Shown: piece after piece, positions 1 to 10,059 of the stretch
How positions within the stretch are numbered: the first letter of the stretch is position 1
Layout: every line of letters starts with the position of its first letter
NCBI GenBank assembly: GCA_029248525.1
Contig: JAQWJE010000002.1
Span: 2,381-66,380, forward strand
Reading direction: 5' to 3'
Source of the DNA: Candidatus Binatia bacterium
GTDB taxonomy: Bacteria > Desulfobacterota > Binatia > UBA12015
Length of the DNA: 64,000 nt
The notes under the pieces: model-generated
Databases searched by the model: none
The model's input: only the letters and a program-made list of their open reading frames with translations
What the model was told of the DNA's origin: nothing
Program-made: the position numbers and the translations under genes

Positions 1-2318
1 GAATCATTGGCCTCGATCAGGAACGACTTCTGCAGGGCCACATGAGTCTGGACTTCGGGCACTCGCCGAAAGGTTTCGCCCGAACGATCGATGAAATCAG
101 TGGTGACATCACTGGGGGCATCATCCCAGTTATCATAGACACCGCGGAACAAGCCGACCGAACCCTCGAGACGGAAGCCCGCACCGAGGTTCATCACCGT
201 CTCCAGTTCCACTCCCTGCGTCGTTGCCTTGGCGGCATTCAACGTTTCCTGAGCAATGACCGGCGTACCGTTGGCATCGACATAGCCAAGGTCGCGAATG
301 GCCGTTACCTGAATATCATCATATTTGGCGTAGAAGAGAGACAGATTGGTCGCGATCCGGTTATCAAAACTCAAAGTCTTGAAACCCAACTCGAACGAGT
401 TCATGTTCTCGGGATCAAACGGCTGCAGCGGTTGCTGGTCGCCGCTGAGCGGATCTGCGGGCGGAGGGATCACATTGAAGCCGCCACCCTTGAAACCGCT
501 CGAATAGGTAAAATAACCCATTAGATGATCGATCACGGTATCCTCGATCAAGTCTTCGGGGACCGTTGCCGAGAGCGTAGCCATCGGGTTCCAGGTCGAG
601 AAGATCTTCGAATTGGTTTCGTTGAAGCTCTCGCTGAAGCTCGCACATCCCTCGGCCGAGGGGACACAATCGTATTTCTCAGCCGTGGTTTCCTTCTTGT
701 CTTCCGTATAGCGCAAGCCCGCAGTCAGCTGCAGCCACTCGAGCAAGTCGAACGACGCTTGTGAATACAAGGCCCACGACCAGTTGTCGGTCAACTGCGG
801 CTGCACACTGCGGGTGTTGATCGTGTCGACGAGTGCTGCCGTCGCGCCACGATTTTGGGCATTTTCCAGGAACAGGAAATAACCGCCCACAAAGTTCAAA
901 CGACCATCCAGGGCCGAGCCGTTGACCTGCAACTCGGTCTGGAATTGCTGAGCCTTGGCGGGCCGGCCCTGCATCGCCAACAAGCTGTCCGTACCCTCGG
1001 GTGCCGGAATGGGAATATCCCCGATGCCGGCCGCGTTGACCGCGGGGGCCGGCGTCAGATCGGTGTCCTGCCGCGAGCGGATATACTGCTGCCGCCAGGC
1101 ACCAATCGCCTTCAAGCTGAATTCGTCCAGACCGGGCAGCGGACCGATATCCCAATTCAAAACGCCCCAGGCGCCGGTGCTTTGGATATCAAATAGTTGG
1201 TTCCAATCGGCTCCGAAATGGTAAGGTTTGCGCTCTTCCTGGCAATAATCGGCAAGTCCGGGCGCCAGTCCCTGCAGGCCGGTTGGCTGGACAAATACAC
1301 ACTCGCCACCCTCGCCCCGGGCGTGCGAACGATCCCAGTTCCCGGTGATGTCGATGGTCACGTCCTCATGCGGCAGAATCCGCAAGCTTCCCAAAAAAGA
1401 CAGCGAATTCCGATCGTTCCAACCTTGGTCCAGTTCCTCATTGTACATGTACCCGGCTTGATTCTCCGAGCCGAAAGCCATGCGCATGAACACGCGATCT
1501 TCCAGGGGACCAATATCCACAGGCAGGTTCAACATGGCACGGGTCGTGACCGAATTGAGCCATTGGCTATGGGGAGCATCCACGTTCCCCACATCCACCT
1601 GAACAAAGGCCTCGACTTCGTCGGTTGGCTTCTGGGTGGTGAAGTTGATCGCACCACCGATGGTGTTCTTGCCAAAGAGCGTGCCTTGCGGTCCGCGGAG
1701 AACTTCGACCTGCGCGATGTCGACCACGTTCAAAAGAGAGCCTTGGGCCCGCGGGACAAAAATGCCGTCAATATAGATCCCCACCCCGGGGTCGTATGAG
1801 GTCAACGCCCGAGGTGTACCCACACCGCGAATATAGACGAGCGCCTCGGTGCCCGTGGACGAGGTCTGGAAGGTCAGGTTCGGGACCAGCTCGGCGATAT
1901 CATCGATTCTTGTGACGCCGGCTTCGCGCAGCGTCGTTTCCGAAAGCGCGGTGACCGACACCGGGGTGTCTTCGAGAAGCTCCTGTCGCTTGCGTGCCGA
2001 AACCACGATTTCTTCGATCTTGTTCTCGCGGTCCTTGCTGACGAAGGCAGGCGGATCGCCCGCCTCGACGGCCTCGGCTTCCGCGGCAAGACCATCCGAT
2101 TCGTTGATCACATCCACAGTGCCCGACGAGGGCGTCTCGATCGACTCCAGATAGGTCGAGGGTGCCGCGGGTGCTCCTTCGGTTGCCGCGTCGGCCGCCG
2201 CGGGGGCTTCCGAAGGCTGCGTCGGGGCCTCAGCAGGCTGCGCCTGCGCCGTAAGCGGAATTGCCAGAACCGATAGCGCCAAACCGAACAGACCCACCTT
2301 TTTGATGCATGCCAACAT
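1..2318 (-). CDS. TonB-dependent outer-membrane receptor (N-terminal part; C-terminus runs off the left edge)
   Basis: Not in the ORF track because it has no stop in the window. My translation of the minus strand from ATG 2318..2316 gives MLACIKKVGLFGLALSVLAIPLTAQA (signal peptide). Plug-domain motifs follow: EEIVVSARKRQELLEDTPVSVTALSE, LVPNLTF, YIRGVG, GVGIYIDGIF, VEVLRGPQGTLFGKNTIGGAINF. I checked the frame open over the plug region and nt 3-119, and no stop-terminated ORF is listed in this frame. Confidence 0.85.
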   Translation of the reverse strand, partial: MLACIKKVGLFGLALSVLAIPLTAQAQPAEAPTQPSEAPAAADAATEGAPAAPSTYLESIETPSSGTVDVINESDGLAAEAEAVEAGDPPAFVSKDRENKIEEIVVSARKRQELLEDTPVSVTALSETTLREAGVTRIDDIAELVPNLTFQTSSTGTEALVYIRGVGTPRALTSYDPGVGIYIDGIFVPRAQGSLLNVVDIAQVEVLRGPQGTLFGKNTIGGAINFTTQKPTDEVEAFVQVDVGNVDAPHSQWLNSVTTRAMLNLPVDIGPLEDRVFMRMAFGSENQAGYMYNEELDQGWNDRNSLSFLGSLRILPHEDVTIDITGNWDRSHARGEGGECVFVQPTGLQGLAPGLADYCQEERKPYHFGADWNQLFDIQSTGAWGVLNWDIGPLPGLDEFSLKAIGAWRQQYIRSRQDTDLTPAPAVNAAGIGDIPIPAPEGTDSLLAMQGRPAKAQQFQTELQVNGSALDGRLNFVGGYFLFLENAQNRGATAALVDTINTRSVQPQLTDNWSWALYSQASFDLLEWLQLTAGLRYTEDKKETTAEKYDCVPSAEGCASFSESFNETNSKIFSTWNPMATLSATVPEDLIEDTVIDHLMGYFTYSSGFKGGGFNVIPPPADPLSGDQQPLQPFDPENMNSFELGFKTLSFDNRIATNLSLFYAKYDDIQVTAIRDLGYVDANGTPVIAQETLNAAKATTQGVELETVMNLGAGFRLEGSVGLFRGVYDNWDDAPSDVTTDFIDRSGETFRRVPEVQTHVALQKSFLIEAND

Positions 2319-2440
2319 CCTCGCCCTCCTCAGGTCGACCGATGCCCAGAAATTCAGCACCGGGAACTCTACGGCGGATGAGACTAGGCAGATGTTCCAC
2401 AAAAGCAAGAAGTGTCAAAAAGGCTTTATGTTACAAAGGA

Positions 2441-3655
2441 CTAGGTGCCCAGCAGGCGCTTGGCATTGCCGTTGAGGATCGCTTCGCGGATCTCCGGGCG
2501 CCCCTCGGTGACGATCAATACTTTCGCCAGCGTGGCGGCCACATGATAAAACGGCCAGTCGCTGCCGAACACCAATCGCTCGGTGCCGACCTCGCGGATG
2601 ATCCGGTCCAGGATGGTGATGCCCTGCCCGTGCAGCCCCATCCAGGCATTCGGATACCGGCGCCCAAGCACCATCGCGTCTTCCACGTCGCGTGCGCCCG
2701 CATGGCCGAGAATGAAATTCGTCCCGGGGTTCTCGGCGAGCATCGGCTCATAGCCCCGCATCATCGTATATTGGTGGGTGAAGCCCGGCTCGATGCCGGC
2801 GCGGCCGGCGTGCAGGAAAACCACCAACCCCATCCGCCCGCAGGCCTCATAGATTTCCATCGCACGCGGGTCGTCGGGGAAATACCGTTGGACTGCAGGA
2901 TGCAGTTTGATGATGCGCGCCCCGCGAGCCGCTTGCGCTTCGAGCTTGGGGCGCCAATCAGGATCATCGGTCTTCACCGATCCGCCGCCGATGAAATGGT
3001 CGCGCTCGGGAGACTCCTCGAGAATATCCAACCAGCGATCGGCCAGGTTGTCCCCGAACGGAAGGCCCATGGTAATCGGCAACAGAGCGGCCTTGGACAC
3101 CCGCAGATCCGCCATCTCGTCAGCCAGATTCTCGAGGGTATGCGTTCGCACCGAGGGACTGCCCCATAAGATATTCTGCACGGTATCGAATTGCATCGCC
3201 TGCAAATCGTCGGGTGTGAAATTGGCGTTGATATAGACGTCCAAATCCAGTTCGCATCCGGCTTCCGTGCCATCGCAATCCAGAATATGGTGCACGCGAT
3301 CGGTGCGCGACGTCATATCGATGGGTGCGGCAAACAAAAGGGCCATACCCAGATGCGCATGCAGATCGATGGTCTCGGGCACGCTGTCGTCGACCAGACG
3401 AAGCCGACCGCGCTTGTCGAGATCAAACCACGGCAACTCGGCCAGCCCGCGGTATCCCTGATAGACATGCCGGCCATAGGGCCCCTGGCCCGAGGCCAGT
3501 TTCTCGGCTGCCATATGTTGCCGCAGACTCTCGGCATCTGCCTCGGAATATTTTGACCCATCCACACAGCCCTGCGCCCAAAGGCCCGCTCCGGCCGCAC
3601 ATAGAGCCCCGAACCGCCGGCGGCTCATCTTCATTCGCCTGTTCTTGCCTTGCAT
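2441..3655 (-). CDS. Metal-dependent amidohydrolase (amidohydrolase-2 type), probably Tat-exported
   Basis: 404-aa ORF. It has a twin-arginine-like signal (MSRRRFGALCAAGAG..AQGC) followed by IDLHAHLG, KLHP, FLHAGR, ILGHAG and GSDWPF hydrolase motifs. Alternative starts lie at 3634 and 3628. Confidence 0.75.
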   Translation of the reverse strand: MQGKNRRMKMSRRRFGALCAAGAGLWAQGCVDGSKYSEADAESLRQHMAAEKLASGQGPYGRHVYQGYRGLAELPWFDLDKRGRLRLVDDSVPETIDLHAHLGMALLFAAPIDMTSRTDRVHHILDCDGTEAGCELDLDVYINANFTPDDLQAMQFDTVQNILWGSPSVRTHTLENLADEMADLRVSKAALLPITMGLPFGDNLADRWLDILEESPERDHFIGGGSVKTDDPDWRPKLEAQAARGARIIKLHPAVQRYFPDDPRAMEIYEACGRMGLVVFLHAGRAGIEPGFTHQYTMMRGYEPMLAENPGTNFILGHAGARDVEDAMVLGRRYPNAWMGLHGQGITILDRIIREVGTERLVFGSDWPFYHVAATLAKVLIVTEGRPEIREAILNGNAKRLLGT

Positions 3656-3872
3656 CTCTTTGACAAGTCTTGCGCGAGACCAGGCCGCGAGGCAAACCGA
3701 AAGAATTTATCTGCCGGGCGCAGGCCTCTGGCTGCGGCCCCCGAAGCCGGGCTGGGCAAGCGCCCGCGAGACCGGCAGCTTCCACAGGACAAGAGGCTCC
3801 GAGCGTCACGGCACAGCCAGCGAGTTCAGCTGCCTTGCTGGACTCGCCGCGGGAACTACGGGATGGGGAAGC

Positions 3873-5204
3873 ATGCGCTTTCTTTCGCGAGCAGCCGTTA
3901 TGCTCTTCGGGCTGCTTCTGGCTTTCGGTGTCGGCGAATGGATCGTGCGCCAGCAGATCCCGGCCGACGAGGACGGGCAGCGCTGGCAGGGCCGGACGCG
4001 CCTTCCGCCGTGGCGATTTCCCATGCAACAGATTCACGATCGCCTGGCAGCGCTGGACAAAGGCGAGAGCCTGTTTCTCATCGACTCCGATCTCGGCTGG
4101 CGCCCGCGACCGGGCGCCAGCAGCCTTGACGGAAAGGTGAATATCAACGAGGCAGGGATGCGGCAAAACGCCAACCCCGCGATGCCCCCCGAAGACACCG
4201 CAGCTGTGTTCCGGATCGTGACGATCGGCGACTCATTTACCTTTGGCGATGAGGTGTCCGACAACGAGACCTGGCCCGCCCAACTGGAAAGGATTCTGCG
4301 AGCCGACGGCGTTCCCACCCGCGTCTTCAATCTCGGCACGAACGCCTACGGGATCGATCAGGCCCTCCTGCGCCTGGTGCGCGATGGCGCACCTCTGCGA
4401 CCGGACGTCGTGATTCTGGGCCTGCAGCCCGAGAACCTCATGCGGAACGTCAATATCGTGCGCCCGATCTTCTTTCCCGACACCGCCCTGCCGCTGTCCA
4501 AGCCGCGATTTGTCTTGGACGACGGCGAGTTGCGTCTGCGCAACCAACCCACGCTTTCCCCGGACAAAATCCTGAAATTCCTGGAGGACCCCGAAAGCCA
4601 TCCCCTCGCGCCGGACGAAGCCTGGCTCGACGAGCGTTACGAAGAATCCTCCTGGCAGCAAAGCGCCCTGCTCTCTCTGCTGGCACAACGTCTGGCGGCG
4701 GCAGGCGTCCACCGGAGCGACTCGCGCCCCGGGTCGAGTCAGCGCACCGCGGCCATCGACCGACGCGAAGCGGAGATGCTCGAGCTGGGCACAGCGCTGC
4801 TGGCGAGGTTTGCCGCCGAGGCCGAAGCCATCGGGGCACGTCCACTCCTCGTCTACCTGCCGCGGCGCGCCGAACTCGAAGCGCAGTTGGCCGGCACAGA
4901 GCTCTGGTACGGCCCGTGGCTGGAGCAAGTCACGACCCACCGCGCGAGCGAACGGCCGCGCTCGGACCTGCCGGTTCTACCGGACCACGCCGGTGGCACC
5001 CGACACGCGATCGTGCGGCCCGAAGCCGGCATGACGGTTGTGACCGAGGAACTCTTTGCCCCAGCCGGCCACTACAGCGCCCGACAGAACCTTCGCGTTG
5101 CCGAAGCCATCTCGCTGGCCTTGCAGCCGAGCCTCAGAAATTTTCGCGCCGCTGCGCGTGCTGGCGACGCGCAGCCAGTTGCGACGCCCGCTGCGCTTCC
5201 GTGA
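3873..5204 (+). CDS. Membrane-anchored SGNH/GDSL-family hydrolase
   Basis: Track ORF 3645..5204 trimmed to ATG 3873 (MRFLSRAAVMLFGLLLAFGVG, a TM anchor). SGNH block I is IVTIGDSFTFG, followed by NLGTNAYG. The last 71 nt overlap the convergent gene. Confidence 0.7.
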   Translation: MRFLSRAAVMLFGLLLAFGVGEWIVRQQIPADEDGQRWQGRTRLPPWRFPMQQIHDRLAALDKGESLFLIDSDLGWRPRPGASSLDGKVNINEAGMRQNANPAMPPEDTAAVFRIVTIGDSFTFGDEVSDNETWPAQLERILRADGVPTRVFNLGTNAYGIDQALLRLVRDGAPLRPDVVILGLQPENLMRNVNIVRPIFFPDTALPLSKPRFVLDDGELRLRNQPTLSPDKILKFLEDPESHPLAPDEAWLDERYEESSWQQSALLSLLAQRLAAAGVHRSDSRPGSSQRTAAIDRREAEMLELGTALLARFAAEAEAIGARPLLVYLPRRAELEAQLAGTELWYGPWLEQVTTHRASERPRSDLPVLPDHAGGTRHAIVRPEAGMTVVTEELFAPAGHYSARQNLRVAEAISLALQPSLRNFRAAARAGDAQPVATPAALP

Positions 5205-6405
5205 CCACCGGCTCGTCGGCCGGTAGTTGTGCGCGGACATCCGCGAGCTTGATCAGCCTCGCCTGCGGGTGATGCTCTTCGAGAATCTCGGGCGTCGCCA
5301 GACCATCGAAGCGCATCAAAATCACGCCGCGGGAGAAGCCTTCGGTATCCAGCCAATTGGGCACCCCCGGATCGGTGTTGGCGATCACGAAATGATAGGC
5401 CCCATCCGAGCTGAGCCGCGCCTGATCGGTAGTCAACGAGGTTTGTCGGTTCGCATAATCGAGCGACTCCCACCAATGGTGTCCGAGTTGAATGCCCTGA
5501 TACTTCGCCCCACTGGGCCATGTCGTCACGATCAATGCCTCATCGTCAGCCAACTCGTAATGCCCCCCGGACATCAGGCGCCCGGCCAAGCCGCCTTCCG
5601 AGCCCGTGTCGCGCGGGGCGAGCAAGGTATTGGCCGGTAAAATCGCCAGCCGCGTGCGGCTGAACTCGGGCCAGAGGCGCACTTCTTCGGCAAAGAAATT
5701 CGTCGCCGCGGTCAGCCGCTCCGCCATGATCTCGGCGGAGAATTCAGGATACGGCGGCCGGCCACTGTCGACCCGGTCGATATGAACCTCACCAGGGAGT
5801 TCATTCGCCCAATCGGAATGGATCTGGCGCACCAACAGACGCTGCGGACCCGGTTCCGTCCGCAGCCAATTGCCTTCACGAGCCGGCCCGCCGATCCACA
5901 CCTCGAAACTACCGTCGGGGGCCACCTCGAGATCATCGGTGGATAGCGTATCGACCACCGAGGCCATCGAATCGAGACCATAGACGGCAAAATCCAGGCG
6001 CCGACTGGTCCCGCGCGTCCCCCAAACCCGATAGGCGCCATCGCCATTGAAAAGGGCGATGCGGTACTTCTGGTCGGAGTTGTCCATGCCCAATTTATTG
6101 AAATGGTTCAGCGCCTGAAAAAAAGGAAAGTCGGGCTCGGCCAGCGCGCGGGACTCGAGGCTGTTGGTCAGCGCACGCACGATATGACGGTAGGCCTCGG
6201 CCTGCTCCTCGGCGCTGCCGAACCAGGTATGCTCTCGCACGAAGACGCCCGCCTCACGCACCGCATCGGCCAACTCGTCGAGACTTTGCTCGAGATCCCC
6301 GGAAGCGGCCACGGTCGCCGGAGCTACCTGGCGCAGCTGATAGGCCCAAACACCGACGCCACCGACGATGATCCCGAGGAAAAAAATGATCCCTTTGCGC
6401 ACCAT
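5134..6405 (-). CDS. Membrane-anchored hypothetical protein, DUF1214-like
   Basis: Track ORF 5134..6918 trimmed to ATG 6405 (MVRKGIIFFLGIIVGGVGVWAY, a TM anchor), because the upstream part is antisense to arfB. The motifs GNWLRT, LLVRQ and GVILMRF resemble DUF1214 proteins from memory. Confidence 0.55.
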   Translation of the reverse strand: MVRKGIIFFLGIIVGGVGVWAYQLRQVAPATVAASGDLEQSLDELADAVREAGVFVREHTWFGSAEEQAEAYRHIVRALTNSLESRALAEPDFPFFQALNHFNKLGMDNSDQKYRIALFNGDGAYRVWGTRGTSRRLDFAVYGLDSMASVVDTLSTDDLEVAPDGSFEVWIGGPAREGNWLRTEPGPQRLLVRQIHSDWANELPGEVHIDRVDSGRPPYPEFSAEIMAERLTAATNFFAEEVRLWPEFSRTRLAILPANTLLAPRDTGSEGGLAGRLMSGGHYELADDEALIVTTWPSGAKYQGIQLGHHWWESLDYANRQTSLTTDQARLSSDGAYHFVIANTDPGVPNWLDTEGFSRGVILMRFDGLATPEILEEHHPQARLIKLADVRAQLPADEPVVTEAQRASQLAARRQHAQRRENF

Positions 6406-6483
6406 GGACGACCTCTTGCCTACCCTTGCGTTGACCCGGCGGCCGTTTCCCTGCATTGCAGAACGGTCCGCGAGGAGTTCTCG

Positions 6484-6906
6484 ATGATCGAAGATTTGAT
6501 CGTACATAGCCGATTGATCATCCCGGGCCGGGAATTGCAATTTGTTGCCAGTCGATCGTCCGGTGCCGGAGGGCAAAGCGTCAACAAGACCAGCAGCCGG
6601 GTTACCCTGCGCTGGGATGTCCGTCGGACGAGCGCCGTCGGCCCTGTGCTGCGCGAAAGACTGACGAAAAACCTCGCCTCGAGAATCAATGCCGAAGGCA
6701 TCCTGCAGGTGCATGTCGAAACCGAACGCAGCCAGTACCGAAATCGCGAGATCGCGCGCGAACGCCTGGCCGGGCTGATCCGGGAGGCCGCGCGTCCCCC
6801 CAAGCCGCGCCGGCCCACCAAACCCTCGCGTGGCGCCCGGCAGCGGCGGATGGACGACAAAAAACATCAGAGCCAGAAGAAATCCACGCGACAGAAACCG
6901 TTCTGA
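6484..6906 (+). CDS. arfB: Alternative ribosome-rescue factor ArfB (peptidyl-tRNA hydrolase, YaeJ family)
   Basis: Track ORF trimmed to ATG 6484, giving 140 aa. It has the GGQ motif (SSGAGGQSVNKTSSRV) and a basic C-terminal tail (KPRRPTKPSRGARQRRMDDKKHQSQKK). Confidence 0.9.
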   Translation: MIEDLIVHSRLIIPGRELQFVASRSSGAGGQSVNKTSSRVTLRWDVRRTSAVGPVLRERLTKNLASRINAEGILQVHVETERSQYRNREIARERLAGLIREAARPPKPRRPTKPSRGARQRRMDDKKHQSQKKSTRQKPF

Positions 6907-6953
6907 GGGAAAGTTCATCGGGAGGGGTATCCCTTTCCCCGGGTCGGGGGCCT

Positions 6954-6982
6954 TTGGCGTACGGCTACAGGCAAGCTACAAT
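6954..6982 (+). promoter_or_regulatory. Candidate sigma70 promoter for the BI-1/YccA gene
   Basis: TTGGCG (6954-6959), a 17-nt spacer, then TACAAT (6977-6982), about 40 nt upstream of ATG 7022, which has an AGGAGGA RBS. This is a sequence match only. Confidence 0.35.
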
Positions 6983-7021
6983 CAAGGGAGATTCTCGCCA
7001 CCGCGGGAGCAGGAGGAACCT

Positions 7022-7720
7022 ATGGAAACCACGTCTGTTCAATATAGTGAAAGCACCATCGCCGCCGAGCAACAGCGCTTTATGGTGCGCGTCTACAACT
7101 GGATGACGATGGGGCTGGTGGTCACCGCCGGGATCGCCTATCTGGTGTCGACGACACCGGCAGTCGTGCAGATGGTCGCCAATCCCTGGGTTTTGATTCC
7201 CCTTGTCATCGCACAACTGGGGCTGGTCTTCTGGCTGGCCTCACGCGTGATGCAGATGAGTGCCGCGCAGGCCACGGGCGTGTTCATGCTCTACTCGGCG
7301 CTGACCGGCGTGACGCTCTCTTTTGTGTTTCTCGCCTATACCGCCGCATCTTTGACCTCGACCTTCTTGGTCACCGCCGGCACCTTCGGCGCGATGAGCT
7401 TCTACGGCTACACGACCAAACGCGACCTGACGGCGATGGGCAGCTTCCTGTTCATGGGCCTGATCGGCATCATCATCGCGTCTTTGGTGAACTTCTTCCT
7501 GCAGAGCCCGATGGTCTACTGGCTGGTGACCTATGCCGGCGTGTTGATCTTTGTCGGGCTCACGGCCTACGACACCCAGAAGATCAAGGAGATGAACATT
7601 CTGGGGAACGAAGGCACCGAAGAAGATACCAAGGAAGCCGTGCGCGGCGCGCTCACGCTTTACCTGGACTTCATCAATCTCTTCCTGATGCTGCTGCGCG
7701 TGATGGGCAACCGGCGCTAG
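7022..7720 (+). CDS. BAX inhibitor-1/YccA family membrane protein
   Basis: Track ORF trimmed to METTSV, which has an AGGAGGA RBS. It has seven hydrophobic helices and family-typical segments: FMVRVYNWMTMGL, YGYTTKRDL, TAYDTQKIK, ALTLYLDFINLFLMLLR. Confidence 0.9.
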   Translation: METTSVQYSESTIAAEQQRFMVRVYNWMTMGLVVTAGIAYLVSTTPAVVQMVANPWVLIPLVIAQLGLVFWLASRVMQMSAAQATGVFMLYSALTGVTLSFVFLAYTAASLTSTFLVTAGTFGAMSFYGYTTKRDLTAMGSFLFMGLIGIIIASLVNFFLQSPMVYWLVTYAGVLIFVGLTAYDTQKIKEMNILGNEGTEEDTKEAVRGALTLYLDFINLFLMLLRVMGNRR

Positions 7721-7853
7721 GCGACGCCCGAACGCACCGCTCGCGGCGCTTGCCGCACTCGGGGGCCACCGGTCACTGGTGCTGCCCATGTTGCTTGTGA
7801 AAGCCTTGTACCTCGAGGCGTCATGGCGGTCGGAACGGTCGAGGATACCGAGG

Positions 7854-8561
7854 CTAATTCAGATTCAGGAATACGTTGATCGAGGCGAGATGATCGATCA
7901 GATTCTCCCGCCCCGGACGGACGACCAGGCGGTTCATATACCCGACCTCGATCTGCCAGCTGTCCCCCACCGGCGCATTCAGTCCGACAAAGACGCGGTT
8001 CTGATCCACGCCAGCCCGCGGGCCCCAATCCGTGTCATTGAGCGTCACGAAAAGCTCTTCGTAGGCGGAAAAGAATAATTTCTCCGACGGAAGGACGGGA
8101 TAGAGGATTTTCACAAATTCTCGGACGCGCCAGCTCACACCCTTTCGGTCCTCGCCGAAGCGCTCCTCAAGACGAGTGCGGCTCTGGAAACGCAGATCAC
8201 CGAAACGCGGCGTCCAGATATATTGCTGCCAGATACGGTTCTCATTCCAGTCGGGTGCGTTGGTCGGAAACGTCCGGATCCAACCATAGCCGAGCCAGAC
8301 GGAGGTCTCGGGCGTCAGTTGCCAACCGACCCCGGGGCGGACGACCGTTTGCCCGAGCCCGTCATCCTCGCCGGACATCCGCAGCTGACTGTCGAACCAC
8401 CAGCGCAATCGGGAAACGCTGGGCGAGACTTCCTTGAGGGACCCCTGCCCGGCAAACATCAACCAGGCCCCACCGTCCTGTTGCACCTCGGCGCGTGCCG
8501 GAGCCGCGATCAATCCCACCAGGCATAATATGCCCAAACTTCTCGCCCAGAATTTTCGCAT
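7854..8561 (-). CDS. Outer-membrane beta-barrel protein, DUF2490-like
   Basis: Trimmed to MRKFWARSLGILCLVGLIAAPARA (signal peptide). It shows an alternating amphipathic strand pattern rich in W, Y, G and R. The family assignment is from memory. Confidence 0.55.
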   Translation of the reverse strand: MRKFWARSLGILCLVGLIAAPARAEVQQDGGAWLMFAGQGSLKEVSPSVSRLRWWFDSQLRMSGEDDGLGQTVVRPGVGWQLTPETSVWLGYGWIRTFPTNAPDWNENRIWQQYIWTPRFGDLRFQSRTRLEERFGEDRKGVSWRVREFVKILYPVLPSEKLFFSAYEELFVTLNDTDWGPRAGVDQNRVFVGLNAPVGDSWQIEVGYMNRLVVRPGRENLIDHLASINVFLNLN

Positions 8562-8656
8562 CAATCCTCCTCTACCCGCTCGAAGCATGACAGTCGGATT
8601 TCGCAAACACCAATGCTTGAGGTCGTCCAATCACACATCTAGGTAGTCACAACATC

Positions 8657-9976
8657 ATGAGTGTTCTGGACTACAAGACGAAACTGCCGGGCTACTACCC
8701 TTCGGCCTGGGCTGTGGAATGTGGCGGCCCGCGCCGCCAGAAGCTCGTGCGCAGCGCCGGGCCCGACTTCTCCGCCGGCACCGAACTGACCTCGACGGTC
8801 CGACGCCTCGACGGTTGGGCGGTCATGTTCGTGCAACGGGAACCGGGAGAGCTTTTTGTACAGGGCGGCGGCGGTCTGCAAGGCGGCGAACTTCCCCCGC
8901 ACTTCCGCGCCGAAGGCCGCAATACAGGATGGCTCGAGCGAATCGACCCGATCACTCTCCAGACCATCGCGCGGTCCCCGGATCTGCCCAGCGGCGGCCA
9001 CCTCTGGTGTGGTGCCGTCGTCGTGCACGAAAATGGCGACCTCTACATGGTCAACGGACGCTACGCGCACCGGCTGAGCCCGGAATGTGAAGTAAAAGCC
9101 GAGCGAGAACTTCCCGTGGATGGTCCCTATAATGGGCTCCTGATCATGTCGGACGGAAATCTGGTCATGAAGAATCTCGGCCACAGGCCCGGCGAGCCTT
9201 GTCGGTTCAGTGTGCTGGAGCCCGAGCATCTGGAACCAATCGGCGAGCCATTTATCATCAACGAGCATTGCATGGGGCGCTTCTCGAGCGACCTGACCAC
9301 TGACGGCGAGTTTCTCTACACCTCCAGCGCCACCCAACTCTACCGCCTGCGCTACGAGAACGGCGCCCTGTCTCTGGATTCCGAATGGCGGGGCAACTAC
9401 GACCTGCCCGGGGAGAACCAAGGCGACGGATGGGACACCTCGATCGGCAGCGACAGCGTCTGGCTGATGGATATGGGGCGTCCACCCTTCTGGACCGAAC
9501 CCGCAACCGCAGCGCAACGTGCCTTCCGCTTCTCGTTGCAGAATGCCGCCGAACGCGACGTGATCGATGTGATCGGCCGGCCCGGCACCTTCAGTCCGGG
9601 ACCACCACTCTACGATCCCGAGCGCAAGATTCTGGTTGTCTATGATGGCTCCAACGGTGGCGTGGTCGCTCTGCGCTACGAGGCTCCCGGACAATTCACG
9701 GAACTCTGGCGCAACGAATTCCGCAACAACGTCCAGATGATGCTCTATCCCGACACGGGGGAGTTGATCCTCGAAGACGCCTCAGGCAACCGACCGCAAA
9801 GCAAGATCTCGGACGCGGTCGTCGTCGATATCGAATCCGGTGCCGAAAAGGGCCGGGCCCCGACCGGCGCCGCAGCCTCCATGGGCATGTTCCTGTGCCC
9901 CGGCTTCGAGCGCGACTTTTATATGGCGACCCTGCCGGGCTTGATCTCCCGGGTTTTCTCGCGCGAAAACCCCTGA
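8657..9976 (+). CDS. Hypothetical protein (439 aa, possibly beta-propeller-like)
   Basis: Protein-like composition and high third-position GC, unlike the antisense ORF 8639..9694. It has no signal peptide and no motif I recognise. Short strand-like G/D-rich segments recur (DGNLVMKN, DGEFLYTS, GDLYMVNG). Confidence 0.6.
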   Translation: MSVLDYKTKLPGYYPSAWAVECGGPRRQKLVRSAGPDFSAGTELTSTVRRLDGWAVMFVQREPGELFVQGGGGLQGGELPPHFRAEGRNTGWLERIDPITLQTIARSPDLPSGGHLWCGAVVVHENGDLYMVNGRYAHRLSPECEVKAERELPVDGPYNGLLIMSDGNLVMKNLGHRPGEPCRFSVLEPEHLEPIGEPFIINEHCMGRFSSDLTTDGEFLYTSSATQLYRLRYENGALSLDSEWRGNYDLPGENQGDGWDTSIGSDSVWLMDMGRPPFWTEPATAAQRAFRFSLQNAAERDVIDVIGRPGTFSPGPPLYDPERKILVVYDGSNGGVVALRYEAPGQFTELWRNEFRNNVQMMLYPDTGELILEDASGNRPQSKISDAVVVDIESGAEKGRAPTGAAASMGMFLCPGFERDFYMATLPGLISRVFSRENP

Positions 9977-10059
9977 ATAACGCGATGAATCGGGCGGTTG
10001 CCCAATTCCGCCGTCACGGCTAGCCTTTGCTGATAGCCGCGTAACGCGACGAATCTCCC

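Noticed and set aside
5134-6918. 5' extensions of track ORFs 5134..6918, 13346..15670, 33146..36607, 48271..50490, 50612..52030 and 56474..57835.
   Set aside because: In each case the upstream part overlaps a well-supported neighbouring gene or lacks protein-like composition. An internal start gives a sensible N-terminus (TM anchor, signal peptide, Rossmann motif or known family start), often with stop/start overlap to the upstream gene.
8639-9694. 351-aa minus-strand ORF opposite the 439-aa hypothetical gene.
   Set aside because: The plus-strand ORF is longer, has balanced composition (K, E, D, Y, F, N) and high third-position GC. The minus ORF has shadow-ORF composition.
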